NCBI GenBank assembly: GCA_004764695.1
Contig: SMSO01000014.1
Location: forward strand, 2,413,648 to 2,477,647
DNA: 64,000 nucleotides
Source: Schizochytrium sp. TIO01
Taxonomy: Eukaryota > Protista > Bigyra: Labyrinthulomycetes
Reading direction: 5' to 3'
The notes beneath the pieces were generated by a model. It made no database searches. It was not told the DNA's origin and saw nothing but the letters and a program-made list of their open reading frames with translations. Positions 11,976 to 23,131 of the stretch are shown one piece after another; position 1 is the stretch's first letter; each line of letters begins with the position of its first letter. The translations under genes were made by a program, and so were the position numbers.

Positions 11976-12869
11976 TTACTTCTCATCAAGTAGCGCAGCT
12001 TTGCGGACCTCTGCAAATGCATCAGTTTCTACAAACCCATACATGACAAAGTTGCGCAGATCATCCATATCTGATTTGGATGCCTTGCTTGAGGAGTTTT
12101 CGCCGTGATAGTTAGCTGTTAATTCAGCTCCAGGTTCTAAGTCTTGCATAATAGTAACTACAAAGAATCCTTTTGGGAGTTTTGGCCGCCATTGGACCGT
12201 AGGATTGGCTGCATTGTGATTCATAGAATCTGCAAAGGGGAGCATGCACATAATCTTAGGCTCAACCATATTAAAAGCTCGCGAAACGACCATTGAGCTT
12301 GCCCAGATAAACTCCTCATATGTAAGGGGCTGATCAACAGGGAAAGCAAGACACAGCTCGGGCATATCTTTAATTGAATGCAGGGAAAGCAGCTGCTGAG
12401 CGCGACTGAACTCACCCCTTAATTTTTCTTGTTGGGCTTCCAAAGCTCGTAGCAAAAGCTTCTCCTTCTGTAGTGCGTCAGCAAGAGCTTGACATGTTCT
12501 CTGGCGGTCCAGAAACGTGATTGGGTGAAATTGCATATTCTGCGGAAGAATATCTAGATATGGTTTCCAAAAACTTGCATCACCACAACGTTTTTCGTGA
12601 ACCAAAAAAACGGCAAAAAGTGTATACCGGTCGAGACCACGCAGGGCTTGGCCAACGCGGGATGTTTCAATTTTGTCCATGGTCAAAATACATGCAGGGG
12701 GTACTGGGAGCCGTAGGTTTCTGCGAAGCTTTCCCGTCGACCGAAGCACCCGATCTCCATACCCTGACGAAGGGTCGGGCACCATGTCTACACATGCATC
12801 TTCAGTCCAGTGTTTCTTTAATTTTTCAGAGTCGCAGTTTTCTGCTAGCCAGCTTATAAGAGCATCCAT
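11976..12869 (-). CDS. SET-domain protein-lysine methyltransferase (Rubisco LSMT/SETD3-SETD4-like)
   Basis: SFWKPYLDILP, WASSMVVSRAF, PFADSMNH, GAELTANY and YGFV are characteristic of this SET class. Confidence 0.85.
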   Translation of the reverse strand: MDALISWLAENCDSEKLKKHWTEDACVDMVPDPSSGYGDRVLRSTGKLRRNLRLPVPPACILTMDKIETSRVGQALRGLDRYTLFAVFLVHEKRCGDASFWKPYLDILPQNMQFHPITFLDRQRTCQALADALQKEKLLLRALEAQQEKLRGEFSRAQQLLSLHSIKDMPELCLAFPVDQPLTYEEFIWASSMVVSRAFNMVEPKIMCMLPFADSMNHNAANPTVQWRPKLPKGFFVVTIMQDLEPGAELTANYHGENSSSKASKSDMDDLRNFVMYGFVETDAFAEVRKAALLDEK

Positions 12870-13489
12870 GTTTGCGAAGCCCCGCGTCCAAGAACTTGAA
12901 CTTGCTGCTCTTCAATAATGTAGTAAGGGATATTCTCTGCCAACAGGCGCCTCACTCTCAAGGTTTGAAAGCGTTTTGCATAGCATCTAGTCCTAATACT
13001 AATACGATCAACCTCATGGGCTTCACACTGAGGGCAAATTCAATTTACTTGCAAAAACTCAAGTAAAAATTACAACGCTACTGTTTTGAATTCTGGACAC
13101 GGCCTATAGAGTACTCCAGGGCTAGTCCAGGCGTGTTTAGTAAGTTGCTAAGTAGTTAAATATCTGTCAAGTGAGAGTCTACATACATCAAAGTCAGCAT
13201 TGCTCAAAGAAGCTGCCTGTCCGCATCGTAATAAAGTTGGGCGTAGTAGAATATAGATAGGGGATAGTTACCTAGGCACTAGTAAGGGGTAAAGTCATAT
13301 GCATTATAACTTGAAGTTTACCTACAGACTTATCTAATATTAACTATACACCTTCAAGTTGGGAGATTAATTGAAAGATTCACGAAGTATCGGACAAAGG
13401 ATTCACCTGAAACAAATTCTGGCAACTTGAATAGATGACTCAGTAAAAACGCAAAACAGACCGGAGCTATTTATAGAATCTTTTCCAAG

Positions 13490-14839
13490 ATGTCTCAGGA
13501 TAGTTCACCGCAAGCTACAGCTAAGCGCAGTCTGTACTTTTGTTTTGACCTTTGTAGTCCACATGCGTACTTAGCTTCCGAGCGTATGGCCTTGCTGGCA
13601 CTTAGTGCTCAGCAGGCCGCTGTTCGCGATGGTGCCTCCCTGAGAGTTGAATGGAAACCTGTATCTCTTCAAGGAATTCATGGTCTAGCAGACGATTCGA
13701 ACAGCAAGAGTAGGAGCATTAATAATACCAGTCCAATTAACAAAAGAGTTCTAGTCCAGGAAGACCTGGAGCGCGAGTTTGCACGTCATCATATATCTAT
13801 TTCATGGAATAAGAAAGCAACTATTCAGACGCACGCTCTGCAGTGCTTTTTATGTGGAATCAAAGATCAGGATGTTCTGATTCGAGTTGCTAGAAGACTC
13901 TTTCACGCCTATTGGGTACTCTGCGTAGACATTTCTGACTTGGATGTTCTCATGAGGATTGCTCAAGAAGAAGGTATCACGGACGCAAAAAAGCTTGCCC
14001 GAGTTAAATCTTCGAAGAGGCAGCTCGAAGAGAATACAGATTGGGTTGTAAGTCAGGGAGCATTTGATGTCCCCTCATTCATAGTAGAGGTTGGGGACAC
14101 TTCACGTATATTTGTTGGAAACGATCGCACCCACTTTGCTATGCTCCAACTTGGCGTGCTGCCAAGCCATAGCCTTGCCAAACCTTTACGTGTTTTACCA
14201 ACTCTCTGTGCGCCTAAAGGCAAGGGCCCGCGGCTTACCTTTTATCATGATTTTTCTTCACCTTGGTCGTATCTAGGCTCGACGCAAATATTTCGGCTTG
14301 CAAACGACCATGGAGCACAACTAGTATTTAGACCAATTCTTTTAGGCGCTTTGTTCCGAAATATCGGAACGCCGAACGTCCCCATGCTTGCAGTGTCACC
14401 TGCAAAGCGTGCCTACGGTGGATTGGATTTGAAGGACTGGTGTCAGTTTTATGGCGGGATCAAGCTGCGTTTTCCTGATGAGTTCCCACTTCGAACAGTA
14501 TTGCCTCTACGCGTTGCAATCGTCAACCCCGCAACAACTCTTCATATTTATCAAGCTGCGTGGGTACAGAACAAGAATATTGGTGACTCTAAGATCTTAC
14601 ATGGAGTGTTGGCTAGCGCAGGGTTTGATGCAGAATATCTGTTAGCTCAAGCTGAAACTCAGGAGATTAAGGAACAACTAAAACAAAATACAATAGACGC
14701 AGAAAAGCTTGGTGTCTGCGGTGTTCCAACATATATAGTTGGTACAGGAGCTATTATTTGGGGCCAAGATCGTTCCAACGTTGTTGCCGATATGCTTTCT
14801 GACGATATTCAAAAACATTTAGCTAATGCAAAAATTTAA
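13490..14839 (+). CDS. Tandem two-domain GST-kappa / 2-hydroxychromene-2-carboxylate isomerase (DSBA-like) protein
   Basis: Two repeats: FDLCSPHAYL...GAFDVPSF..GNDR and FYHDFSSPWSYLG...RPILLG...GVCGVPTY...WGQDR. Confidence 0.88.
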   Translation: MSQDSSPQATAKRSLYFCFDLCSPHAYLASERMALLALSAQQAAVRDGASLRVEWKPVSLQGIHGLADDSNSKSRSINNTSPINKRVLVQEDLEREFARHHISISWNKKATIQTHALQCFLCGIKDQDVLIRVARRLFHAYWVLCVDISDLDVLMRIAQEEGITDAKKLARVKSSKRQLEENTDWVVSQGAFDVPSFIVEVGDTSRIFVGNDRTHFAMLQLGVLPSHSLAKPLRVLPTLCAPKGKGPRLTFYHDFSSPWSYLGSTQIFRLANDHGAQLVFRPILLGALFRNIGTPNVPMLAVSPAKRAYGGLDLKDWCQFYGGIKLRFPDEFPLRTVLPLRVAIVNPATTLHIYQAAWVQNKNIGDSKILHGVLASAGFDAEYLLAQAETQEIKEQLKQNTIDAEKLGVCGVPTYIVGTGAIIWGQDRSNVVADMLSDDIQKHLANAKI

Positions 14840-15164
14840 TTCACTGGACTTACTTCACCTCATATTGCATTGCAATATAAGTCTCAGATACGCAATTCCA
14901 TATAAATCAATTGTAAACAACTTTTCTTCGTATAGTTTATAGCAATTATTGATGAAATAAATCTTTTAGCGTATTACTGTATTCAAATATATCATCAATC
15001 AGTCAAACTAAGTGGTGCTGAAACTCGAATACAAACAGCAGGTGTCTGACTTCTAAGTGTCTTGAACATTACAATGTCTATGAGTTAGGAAAGATAAAAT
15101 TCTATATTTTCTCTCTTTTAAGAAAACAAGGCTGCACCAATCAAAATCTCTTCTAAAATCAATT

Positions 15165-16642
15165 TTAGATCCTTTTAGATTTCTTTGTGCTATTCTTCTT
15201 AGCGCTTTGGACCTTGAATTTGACTACGCTGTCTTCAATTTCGAGATTCGATGAGTGCTGCAAAAAGTTTTTCAAACTGCTGTTAAATCCAAGTTTTTTA
15301 AAGCTCTTCTTGTATCTGTCGAGAAATCGTGAACCTAGTTCAGCAATACTCATTTCCATGCCGGGACTATCCTTCACGAGCTCTTCAAACGCACTAACGA
15401 CTTCAGTTTTCGTCACCTCACCACTACTAGCCAGCTTCTCGACAGACAAAGGAGTGTTCACTGCAGTCTCAGAAGTTTTGACCTTTTTCGCTGAAATCGG
15501 GACAACTTGCTTCTCAATTGAGTCATCTTCGCGTCTTCCCCGCTTCATCTTTTGCACTAAAACGTTCGTTTCTTCAAGCGAAGCCTGATTATTACACAAA
15601 TTAGCTCAAACGTCAGTATTTTGGAACTTCGTGAAACCTCAAGACACTATCAAACTCACGGATTCCTTCTTCTCACTTAAGGCGCTCTTAGGGCGTGCTA
15701 CAAGGGTGTTGACTTGCACCAGGGTGTGAGGTGCTTGCCCATTTTCTCCCTTGTCTTCGGCATCCACCATCCCCATCTCGTTGTCTTCGTCCTCGTCCTC
15801 GTCGTCATCTTCGTCTTCGTCGTCATCTTCGTCGTCGTCGTCGTCGTCGTCGTCTTCGTCGTCATCTTCGTCTTCGTCGTCGTCTTCGTTGTCTCCGTCT
15901 TCATCTTCGTCTTCCTCATCATTATAATCTTCATCTTCATCGTCATCGTCATCATCGTCTCCTGGCGCGTCAAAAAGCTGGCTGGACATGAAGCCTTGGT
16001 AAAGACTTGGCTGCATATTTTCTTGCTCTGGGTTCATGTCTTCGTCTGCATCGAGAACGAGGCGACCAACAAGATGTATAGATGTGGACGCAGGTGCAAC
16101 GACTGAGAAAGTAAATTCAGTTTGGCTAATGGGAAGGTCAAGAGCAACATTTTCGCTGTAGTACGGAACTAAACTACAAATTGTCATCTTCGTTGTAGAT
16201 AAATCTGAGTTTTTATCCTTGTTCTTTTGAGAAAAGTCTAGTTTTAGCGTGGCTCTATCCTTTGGTGATCCGATATTTTCGCCAAGACATGCTGCAGTAA
16301 TGAGCAGCACATCACCTTCTTCTAGACGTACAGTCTGTGGGTGCCCTGGTTTGATCTCCAAACCTTTGAAAGTTATAATTATACAGAGTTAGTATCGTGA
16401 ATTTGGAGTGATTACACACAATTAAAGAGCTCTACACAAAACCAAGAGATGGTTGGGATACAGAGCTCGAGATTATTCCTCACTGCGTACTCACAGCAAG
16501 CCAAACTTGTAGTTCTTGCCGATCATAAAGATCCTGCCTGATATTCGCCGTCTTCACGGGATCTCTCGTACGTGGCCCTTTTGCAATCAAATCACTTACC
16601 AAACGGTCTGTCAGGGACAGGGGCGACAACGTGCGATGACAT
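15165..16642 (-). CDS. Nucleoplasmin-like (NPL) domain protein with acidic tract and C-terminal LOTUS/OST-HTH-like domain; 3 exons (16642-16600, 16363-15660, 15584-15165), ~388 aa
   Basis: Intron 1 (16599-16364): GTAAGT...TACTAAC branch point...AAG. Intron 2 (15659-15585): GTGAGT...CAG. Splicing restores one frame and gives MSSHVVAPVPDRPFGLEIKPG (NPL FxGxEIKPG start), ITAACLG, SIHLVG, a D/E tract, then a basic C-terminal domain. Confidence 0.82.
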
Positions 16643-18111
16643 ATTGCTGCGTGCGTTCAGCATTGCAAGCCTTCACTTGGCAATTTGCTTCTAACGTTGA
16701 TGATGTTCGCGCTGACAGGGCTCAACTCAAAAGAATGCTCTGAGAGATCGTTGCAGCTTTCGGACGGCGACCTTCCAGCGTTGGTCGCCCTCTGGGGATA
16801 TAGATTAGCACGTGTGCGAATAAAGAACAGCAAGTGGTTTTAGAGCTGTTCCGCCAACGAGGCACTGTGGTCTGTTTTGATAGCTTTGATTGATTCTCTA
16901 AACCTTGAGCCCAAGTGATGAAACTACTACTATCCCAACTGGCTGCGACTTTGGTCTTTTGCTGTAGAATCTATTTACCTAAGAATGATGCCTAGTCTTA
17001 TTATTTACTTGTACATAGATGATCCTTTGTTAGTAGTTAGTTATTCAGATGTAGATCTACCTATTTTTTTAAATTAATTAAAAAAGTTTTAGTTATTTAA
17101 AGAGTTTTTTCTTAATAAAAAATATGAAGAACTTCAAAGTTGGGTTTTAAAAAAGTCAGATATAGTGGGTTAGTAATATCTACTAATGGTAATGCCTATT
17201 CTCACTCGTCAGAGGTAACTCCATTCCAACCGGTTAAAAACTCAAGCTAAAACAATCACCCTTCACGCGTACCGCATAGTAGCGGGACGCGTTTGTTCAA
17301 CCTTTAACCTCCCTACTATGTATTTGGATAATGTAATCAATCCTCTTATTTATTTTGAGTCATCATTGAAACATTAATTTAAAATTCCTGAGAGAATTAG
17401 AAAATCCTTATCAAATACATAATGTATTTGATAGCACTGCTTTTGATAATATAATTACTATCTAAAGGAAGACTACCTCGAATGTACAGCCTTTCAGATA
17501 TTCATTTGTAGCGATTGAATAAAGCTCTATCTATGTTGATTTAGGATACTCTGTTGTGTGCTATAAATAATTTTGATGCTCAAGTTTGTGCATGCCGCGA
17601 AGCCGAAGCATCATGATTGGAATTTAGCTATGAGGCAAGTGAAAGGTAACTAAAGATCTCTCCACTAGGAGTATAGCTTGCTCAGCTTTTTGAGGTTCTA
17701 ATACGGTTCAAGCTAGAAAAACCCGACTCTGAGTTTTGGACTGTCGCGACATACTTTCATCTTGCGGAGATCGAGCTACAAAATTTTCCTAGTTTCTAGG
17801 CGACATAAATGAAATAACTTCGAACTGAAGACACAATAATATGGAGGAGATTCTAACAGAAACATCAGATTTTGCATATCTGCGAAACTTCGATATCGGT
17901 CTTCCTATCGCTAGGAACTTTACATTTTTCACTCACCTATGTATATTATAGACACTTTATGTCTTCCAAGACACTCGTCAATTGTTCCGTTATAATTTTT
18001 GCATGTATGGTGTGCAACCGAGTACAAACTCCGTACACCGAGGGGTGCGGAAGAATATCTGGTTCTTCATTGAGTACGTATTTTACTCGAGAGGAACAAA
18101 CATAGAAAGAA

Positions 18112-18852
18112 ATGCCGTATGCAAAAGCTCTTTATACCTTCCATGCACAGGACTCTGGCCAACTATTTTTGGAACCTGGCGACGAGCTTCTTGTTGACCA
18201 TACTACAAAGCAAGGTTGGGTATTTGGAGAGCATCGAAAAGAGCACGTCTACGGTTCAAGAAAGGGGTATTTCCCGAGGGCTTATGTGGAACTTATTGAA
18301 GATGTGTTGATTAGATCAAAAGGCGTTGAGAATGAAACATTGCGTGGGGATCTAGATAGCCTTAGCCAGCAACATATATCCCCTCCTACCTCATCGAACA
18401 TTAAGCAAGATATTTGTCAAAACAGTCAATTAACTTCGGGCTATCTGCGTGTACTTGAAGACTTTATTGGGACGCATGGGCAAAATAGCTTGACCGTCCG
18501 GAAAGGTGATGCTGTAAAACCATGCCAGGCCGATTGGGAAAATGAAGTATGGGTTTTCTGTACAAATAAGCAAGGCGATACAGGGTACATACCACGCACG
18601 CACATAAGCAGTATATCATACATTTTTTCTGAACTTGAGCGAGCAAGCACGTGTACCAAAAAGCGTTGCGAATCACTGGAATGTTTCGGGATAGCTCGTC
18701 AGGGTTCAAATATTTGTCAAGGGTGTCAAAACTGGAACATGCTTCAGCGTAAAACTCTTCAGAGAGAGGGGGATTCCCCTTCTTCTGGAGATCCAAGCGC
18801 AAAACAAAGTATGTTGCAGCTCTTGACAGCAAAAATCATTATTTTCAACTAA
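18112..18852 (+). CDS. Protein with two SH3 domains and a Cys cluster; possibly a truncated or decaying gene
   Basis: AKALYTFHAQDSGQLFLEPGD...GWVFG...GYFPRAYV, and a second repeat VLEDF...SLTVRKGD...WVFC...GYIPRTHI. Confidence 0.7.
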   Translation: MPYAKALYTFHAQDSGQLFLEPGDELLVDHTTKQGWVFGEHRKEHVYGSRKGYFPRAYVELIEDVLIRSKGVENETLRGDLDSLSQQHISPPTSSNIKQDICQNSQLTSGYLRVLEDFIGTHGQNSLTVRKGDAVKPCQADWENEVWVFCTNKQGDTGYIPRTHISSISYIFSELERASTCTKKRCESLECFGIARQGSNICQGCQNWNMLQRKTLQREGDSPSSGDPSAKQSMLQLLTAKIIIFN

Positions 18853-20303
18853 GAATCAAAAGAATCATCTTTGAGAGTGAGCTATTCGTATTTTATAGTG
18901 ATTAAAGTGCACGGCGATTGCAGTTTGATAAATAACATTGTGAAGTTGAAATAAACGGAACCCGTGTGCTTCAACAACCAAAGACATCTAAGGCAGATTG
19001 AAAACAGCTTTTGCTTTATAAGATACTTTTGACAAAACTCAAGTTCAAATACATTGGATTTAATAGGCACGCGTAGTAACGAAGTAAGAATGCATTCAAT
19101 GCTTTAAAATAGTCTCAAGAAAGGTTCCAAGCAAGTTGAAGTAAAGCTACTGCGAGAGGAAGTAGCTACTTTAGCTTTAAATAGTCTTTATTTAGTTCTA
19201 GAGTCTATTTTAATTAGAATGAAACTGAGCTACCTAACCTTGTGTACGTTCTACTCTTTTTGAATATGTCATACTCTGCATAGTTAGCTCGCTATGTGTC
19301 TGAGTGGGGAATTTGGGTAAATGCTCTCAGTTCTGCAGGTTTGAGTATGTATTGCAAATAAACTAAAAGCCATCGACGACTCTTAGTAGTAAGTGTGTAA
19401 AATGGGGCTAGTCCTCCGGTTAAATTGTATTTCAGGTCTTTCACATTATTTTCATGTTTGAACTTACCTAGATTTCTATTCTACATTTTAACATTAACTT
19501 ACCTAGTTGAAAACTCTGGCGTGTTGTGGAGTTTCCTTGAAGTAATTCAAGCACTTAAAACTGCGTTGGGTTGGGTTGTCATGGTAGATGTACTATTGTC
19601 TTACCTAAGCATCGTTATCTACCATACAATGCCGCCTCAGGAGTGCTTTATTATTATCAACATAAGTAAATAAGATAATAATGGTAATAATAACAATGAT
19701 TTATGATAACTTTATTCGGAATGATTACAAATCAACCAAAAAACTTATGTTTTCATCCACTGCAGGGGAAACAATCACGTGTCTTCAACTTGATAGTGGG
19801 GGTGGGAAAACCCAAGATTCCAGCCCTGGCTAGTTGGATTAGTACCTTATTGATGCCAAGTTCTTTAGTATTGCAGGGTGGTCTTATAGGGGAGTTTTTA
19901 ATGTGTTTCTGAATGCAGTTTTCAAGCATTTTCCCCGAACAGCCTCTGTGTGGTAGGTAGTATCTTCATTGTATCTTCACCCGGTTTCCTTCATGCAATT
20001 TTTAATTTTGTTTAATTGAAATTAAATTTTAAATAAAATTACAAAAATAAAAATACTAGCAGCTAGTTAAGGAATACCATGGTAGTATGACTATAGTATG
20101 TCTATTTTAGACTCCCATAGGGATTAAATGCATGACGATGTTCTAGAGAATCCTTTAGCTAAGGTGTATAGTTAGCTGCCCAATTATAGCTTGCAGCAGC
20201 ACACTTCAAGCGATAAAGAGCAGAGCAAAAGAGCTACAGAGCAAACTTCAACCAAGATTGGAGAGAGTTTGAGCAGCAGGTTGCTGAGCCTGTTTTCTTC
20301 ACG

Positions 20304-21417
20304 ATGATGCGCATTGCGACAAGCCGTAGTTCGGGTACTTTTACTCGTACAACTGCGCGCTTCAATGCCTTTCGCAGCCTTTCTAACTCAGCTTCGAATG
20401 AGGCTCCCTTGTACCTTGATCAAGAAGCTCGAAGCAAAATTTGCAAAGAACTTGGCGTCGCAGAAGATCGTGTAGCGTTAACGATTGCGGAGATGAGGCA
20501 GTGGCGAAGCAGTAAGGCTCAATTTCGCACAACAGAGACAGAGGGAGAACTTATCAATCCTTCAGTTGGCTTTGTACCTACAATGGGAGCTTTGCATGAC
20601 GGGCCACATGAGTTTACTTGCTACATCGACGAAAAGCTGCGATTTTACTGCGGCTAGTATTTTCGTTAACCCAGCCCAGTTTGCTCCTCATGAAGACTTT
20701 GGTAAATACCCTCGCCAGCCTGCTAAGGACCTTGCTGCTCTTTTTGAGAATGGTGCTGATGTCGTATTTGTCCCCAGCCAGCAGGAAATGTACCCTGGCT
20801 CAAAGCACGGACAAACTAGCACCCAGGTGACGAAAACCCATGTAGTTCCGGACGGTGCAGATTTCGTTTCTGAAGGCGCAGCACGCCCAGGCTTCTTTCG
20901 TGGCGTTGCTACTGTTGTCACAAAGCTTCTCAACATTGTGCAGCCGACATATCTCTTTCTTGGCCAAAAGGATGGTCTACAACAGATCATTGTGCGCCGA
21001 ATGGTGCGTGATTTGAACATTCCTTGCGATGTCATTCCGTGTGATACTATGCGAGAGTCAGATGGTCTCGCCATGAGTAGCCGCAATGTGTATCTATCAG
21101 AGGAGCAACGTCTTGCCGCCCCTGTTTTGTACAAGGCACTTTGTGCTATGCGGGAGGCTTATAATGGTGGAGAGCGCAACTTTACTCTGCTCAAGCAGAA
21201 GGGTCTTGATATTCTTGACGACGAGGACCTATTTATGGTGGAGTACCTCAGTCTGTGCGACAACCTTGAAGGTACAGAGTTCTCATCGAGTGACCCTCTT
21301 CCGGAAGGGAACATTATGGCGTCATGTGCTGTGACGTTCGGAAATTGTCGCATCCTTGACAATATCCTTCTCGGTGAACAGCCTCATGTCAAGAAGGCCC
21401 CTAACTCTACTCTCTAG
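20304..21417 (+). CDS. panC: Pantoate--beta-alanine ligase (pantothenate synthetase) with N-terminal transit peptide; interrupted by one extra base at 20601-20605
   Basis: Frame 1 gives VGFVPTMGALHDG. Frame 2 continues HMSL...SIFVNPAQFAPHEDFGKYPR...EGAARPGFFRGVATVVTKLLNIVQP...GQKD...RESDGLAMSSRN...RILDN. Removing one base from GGGCC restores the HxGH motif. Confidence 0.93.
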
Positions 21418-23131
21418 ATAAAATACTAATACAGCATATTTTATAGCCCGAATTTGGCCGACTCTGCTTGCGCAGATAGTATTTCTAATAGGATATGCAA
21501 TTAGAAAGTATGTTGATTTGTTTCCTTGCTCCTATATTTCTATGCCTAGATAATGATAAGTTGAATCAGTTCCATCAGATTTTGAACATTTGTGTCGCAA
21601 GATTGCTTAACTTAAAAGTAGCGTGTCGACGCACGCTACAACTCTAAGAAAAATTAGAAGGTAAAAATTGTTATTCTGAATTGGAAGAGCGTTTTTACTA
21701 GGATCATGATTCATACTTGCTACTTCTTCTGTGCAAATCAAATAGGATGATTGATCTTCCTTGGACTACAAACTAGAACTCAACTTCAAACATTGCATCT
21801 AAGGTTTGCGGTTAAATCGTACTGACTGTTGCTGGGGAATTCTGACCATCAGCTAGATAAAATTCCAACTATAGAGTGCATGATCATTTAGAACTTAATT
21901 TGACTATGGTAAATATCAGTCTTAAGAACTGTAGTTATTATTTCGAATAGCTTTTTGGATTGTCAATCTTGCACACATCCTCTTTTTATTTCTATTCTTA
22001 TTTTTCCTATAATCAGATTACTCATGGAGCGTTAAGTATACACTAATTAAGAAGTATGAATAATCGATTCAAACAGAAAAAAAAAAGACAAAGAGTCTGA
22101 ACTATCAAGGCACAAGCGTTACTTATTTTGGCACTTTTGAGGTTTCCAATTCTCAGTAAAAATATATCAGCTTGCTTTGCTCACCGGAGTTGGATGTTTT
22201 GATTAATTAAAAGGCACTTTTGGTGAGGCCGGCTGGGTCCTCAAAGTAATTAGAAAGCAGGCTATATGATATAATAGAAAATAAGATCCTTCGTTTTATC
22301 TTGTTTGTCCTCCGTCCTGGGATTTTTAAAGTCCAAAATGCTATTTATTCCTTCCTTTCTACCCAGGTACGAAAGTGATACCAAGAATTTTCAAGCTGGC
22401 TAGGTCCTACTCAGGCAGAGGTTGTACTGGTACTAGTGTTGTCTATAACACTGGTAGAGTACCCATGTATACTCCACGATACCGGAACTCGAATTATAAG
22501 TCGTTGTTTATTAAGAACAACGACGATCCAAAATCAAACGAGTGCCAGACTTATATTAGAAGGATGAAGTATTATCTTTGGTTCTTGTATATCTACCTAC
22601 CTAGATGTTGTCTGTAATATGAACTAGGTATAGATGAAAAACCTGAACTCGATACAGGGTACTCGGTAATTCCTAGGTATTACATTTTATGTTTTGTACA
22701 GTCTTTAGTAATCTTAGCTCTCAGGCTAGTAGGTATTACTATTATTGGGTAGCAATATGGGTAGCAGAGAGGCTTAGTACAAGATGTTCTCCCGCTTATA
22801 TTAAAACTTAAAGCTCAGCTATTAGGTACTTAGCGATAAATAAAATAGAGTGATCCTACAAGGTTTACCATCAAAACGCTCGCAAGCCGGTCAACTCCTC
22901 CTTCACTCGAAGTCATATGCGTACGCCCTCCCTGATACCAATACTCACTACAGTAGACTCGTGCACGTAAGCTTGCACTTAGAACGGGGGCGAAGATTCA
23001 AAGGAGTAGACCCCAGGAAGGAGAAAAAAGGAGCAGTAGCAGGCAAATAAGATCTCCGGTTGTGTCCTTTGCCAAAGGCGTTTGTCAGAACCAGAGTTTG
23101 ATAAGAAGTAATATCATACTTCGCTATCTCT

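Noticed and set aside
15698-16106. Poly-Thr, poly-Val and poly-Arg ORFs
   Set aside because: Shadow frames of the GAC/GAA acidic tract in the NPL gene.
17265-17292. GC-rich hairpin with two ACGCGT sites; similar isolated palindromes at 35046-35081 and 55042-55059
   Set aside because: Single short occurrences with no supporting context; compatible with chance.
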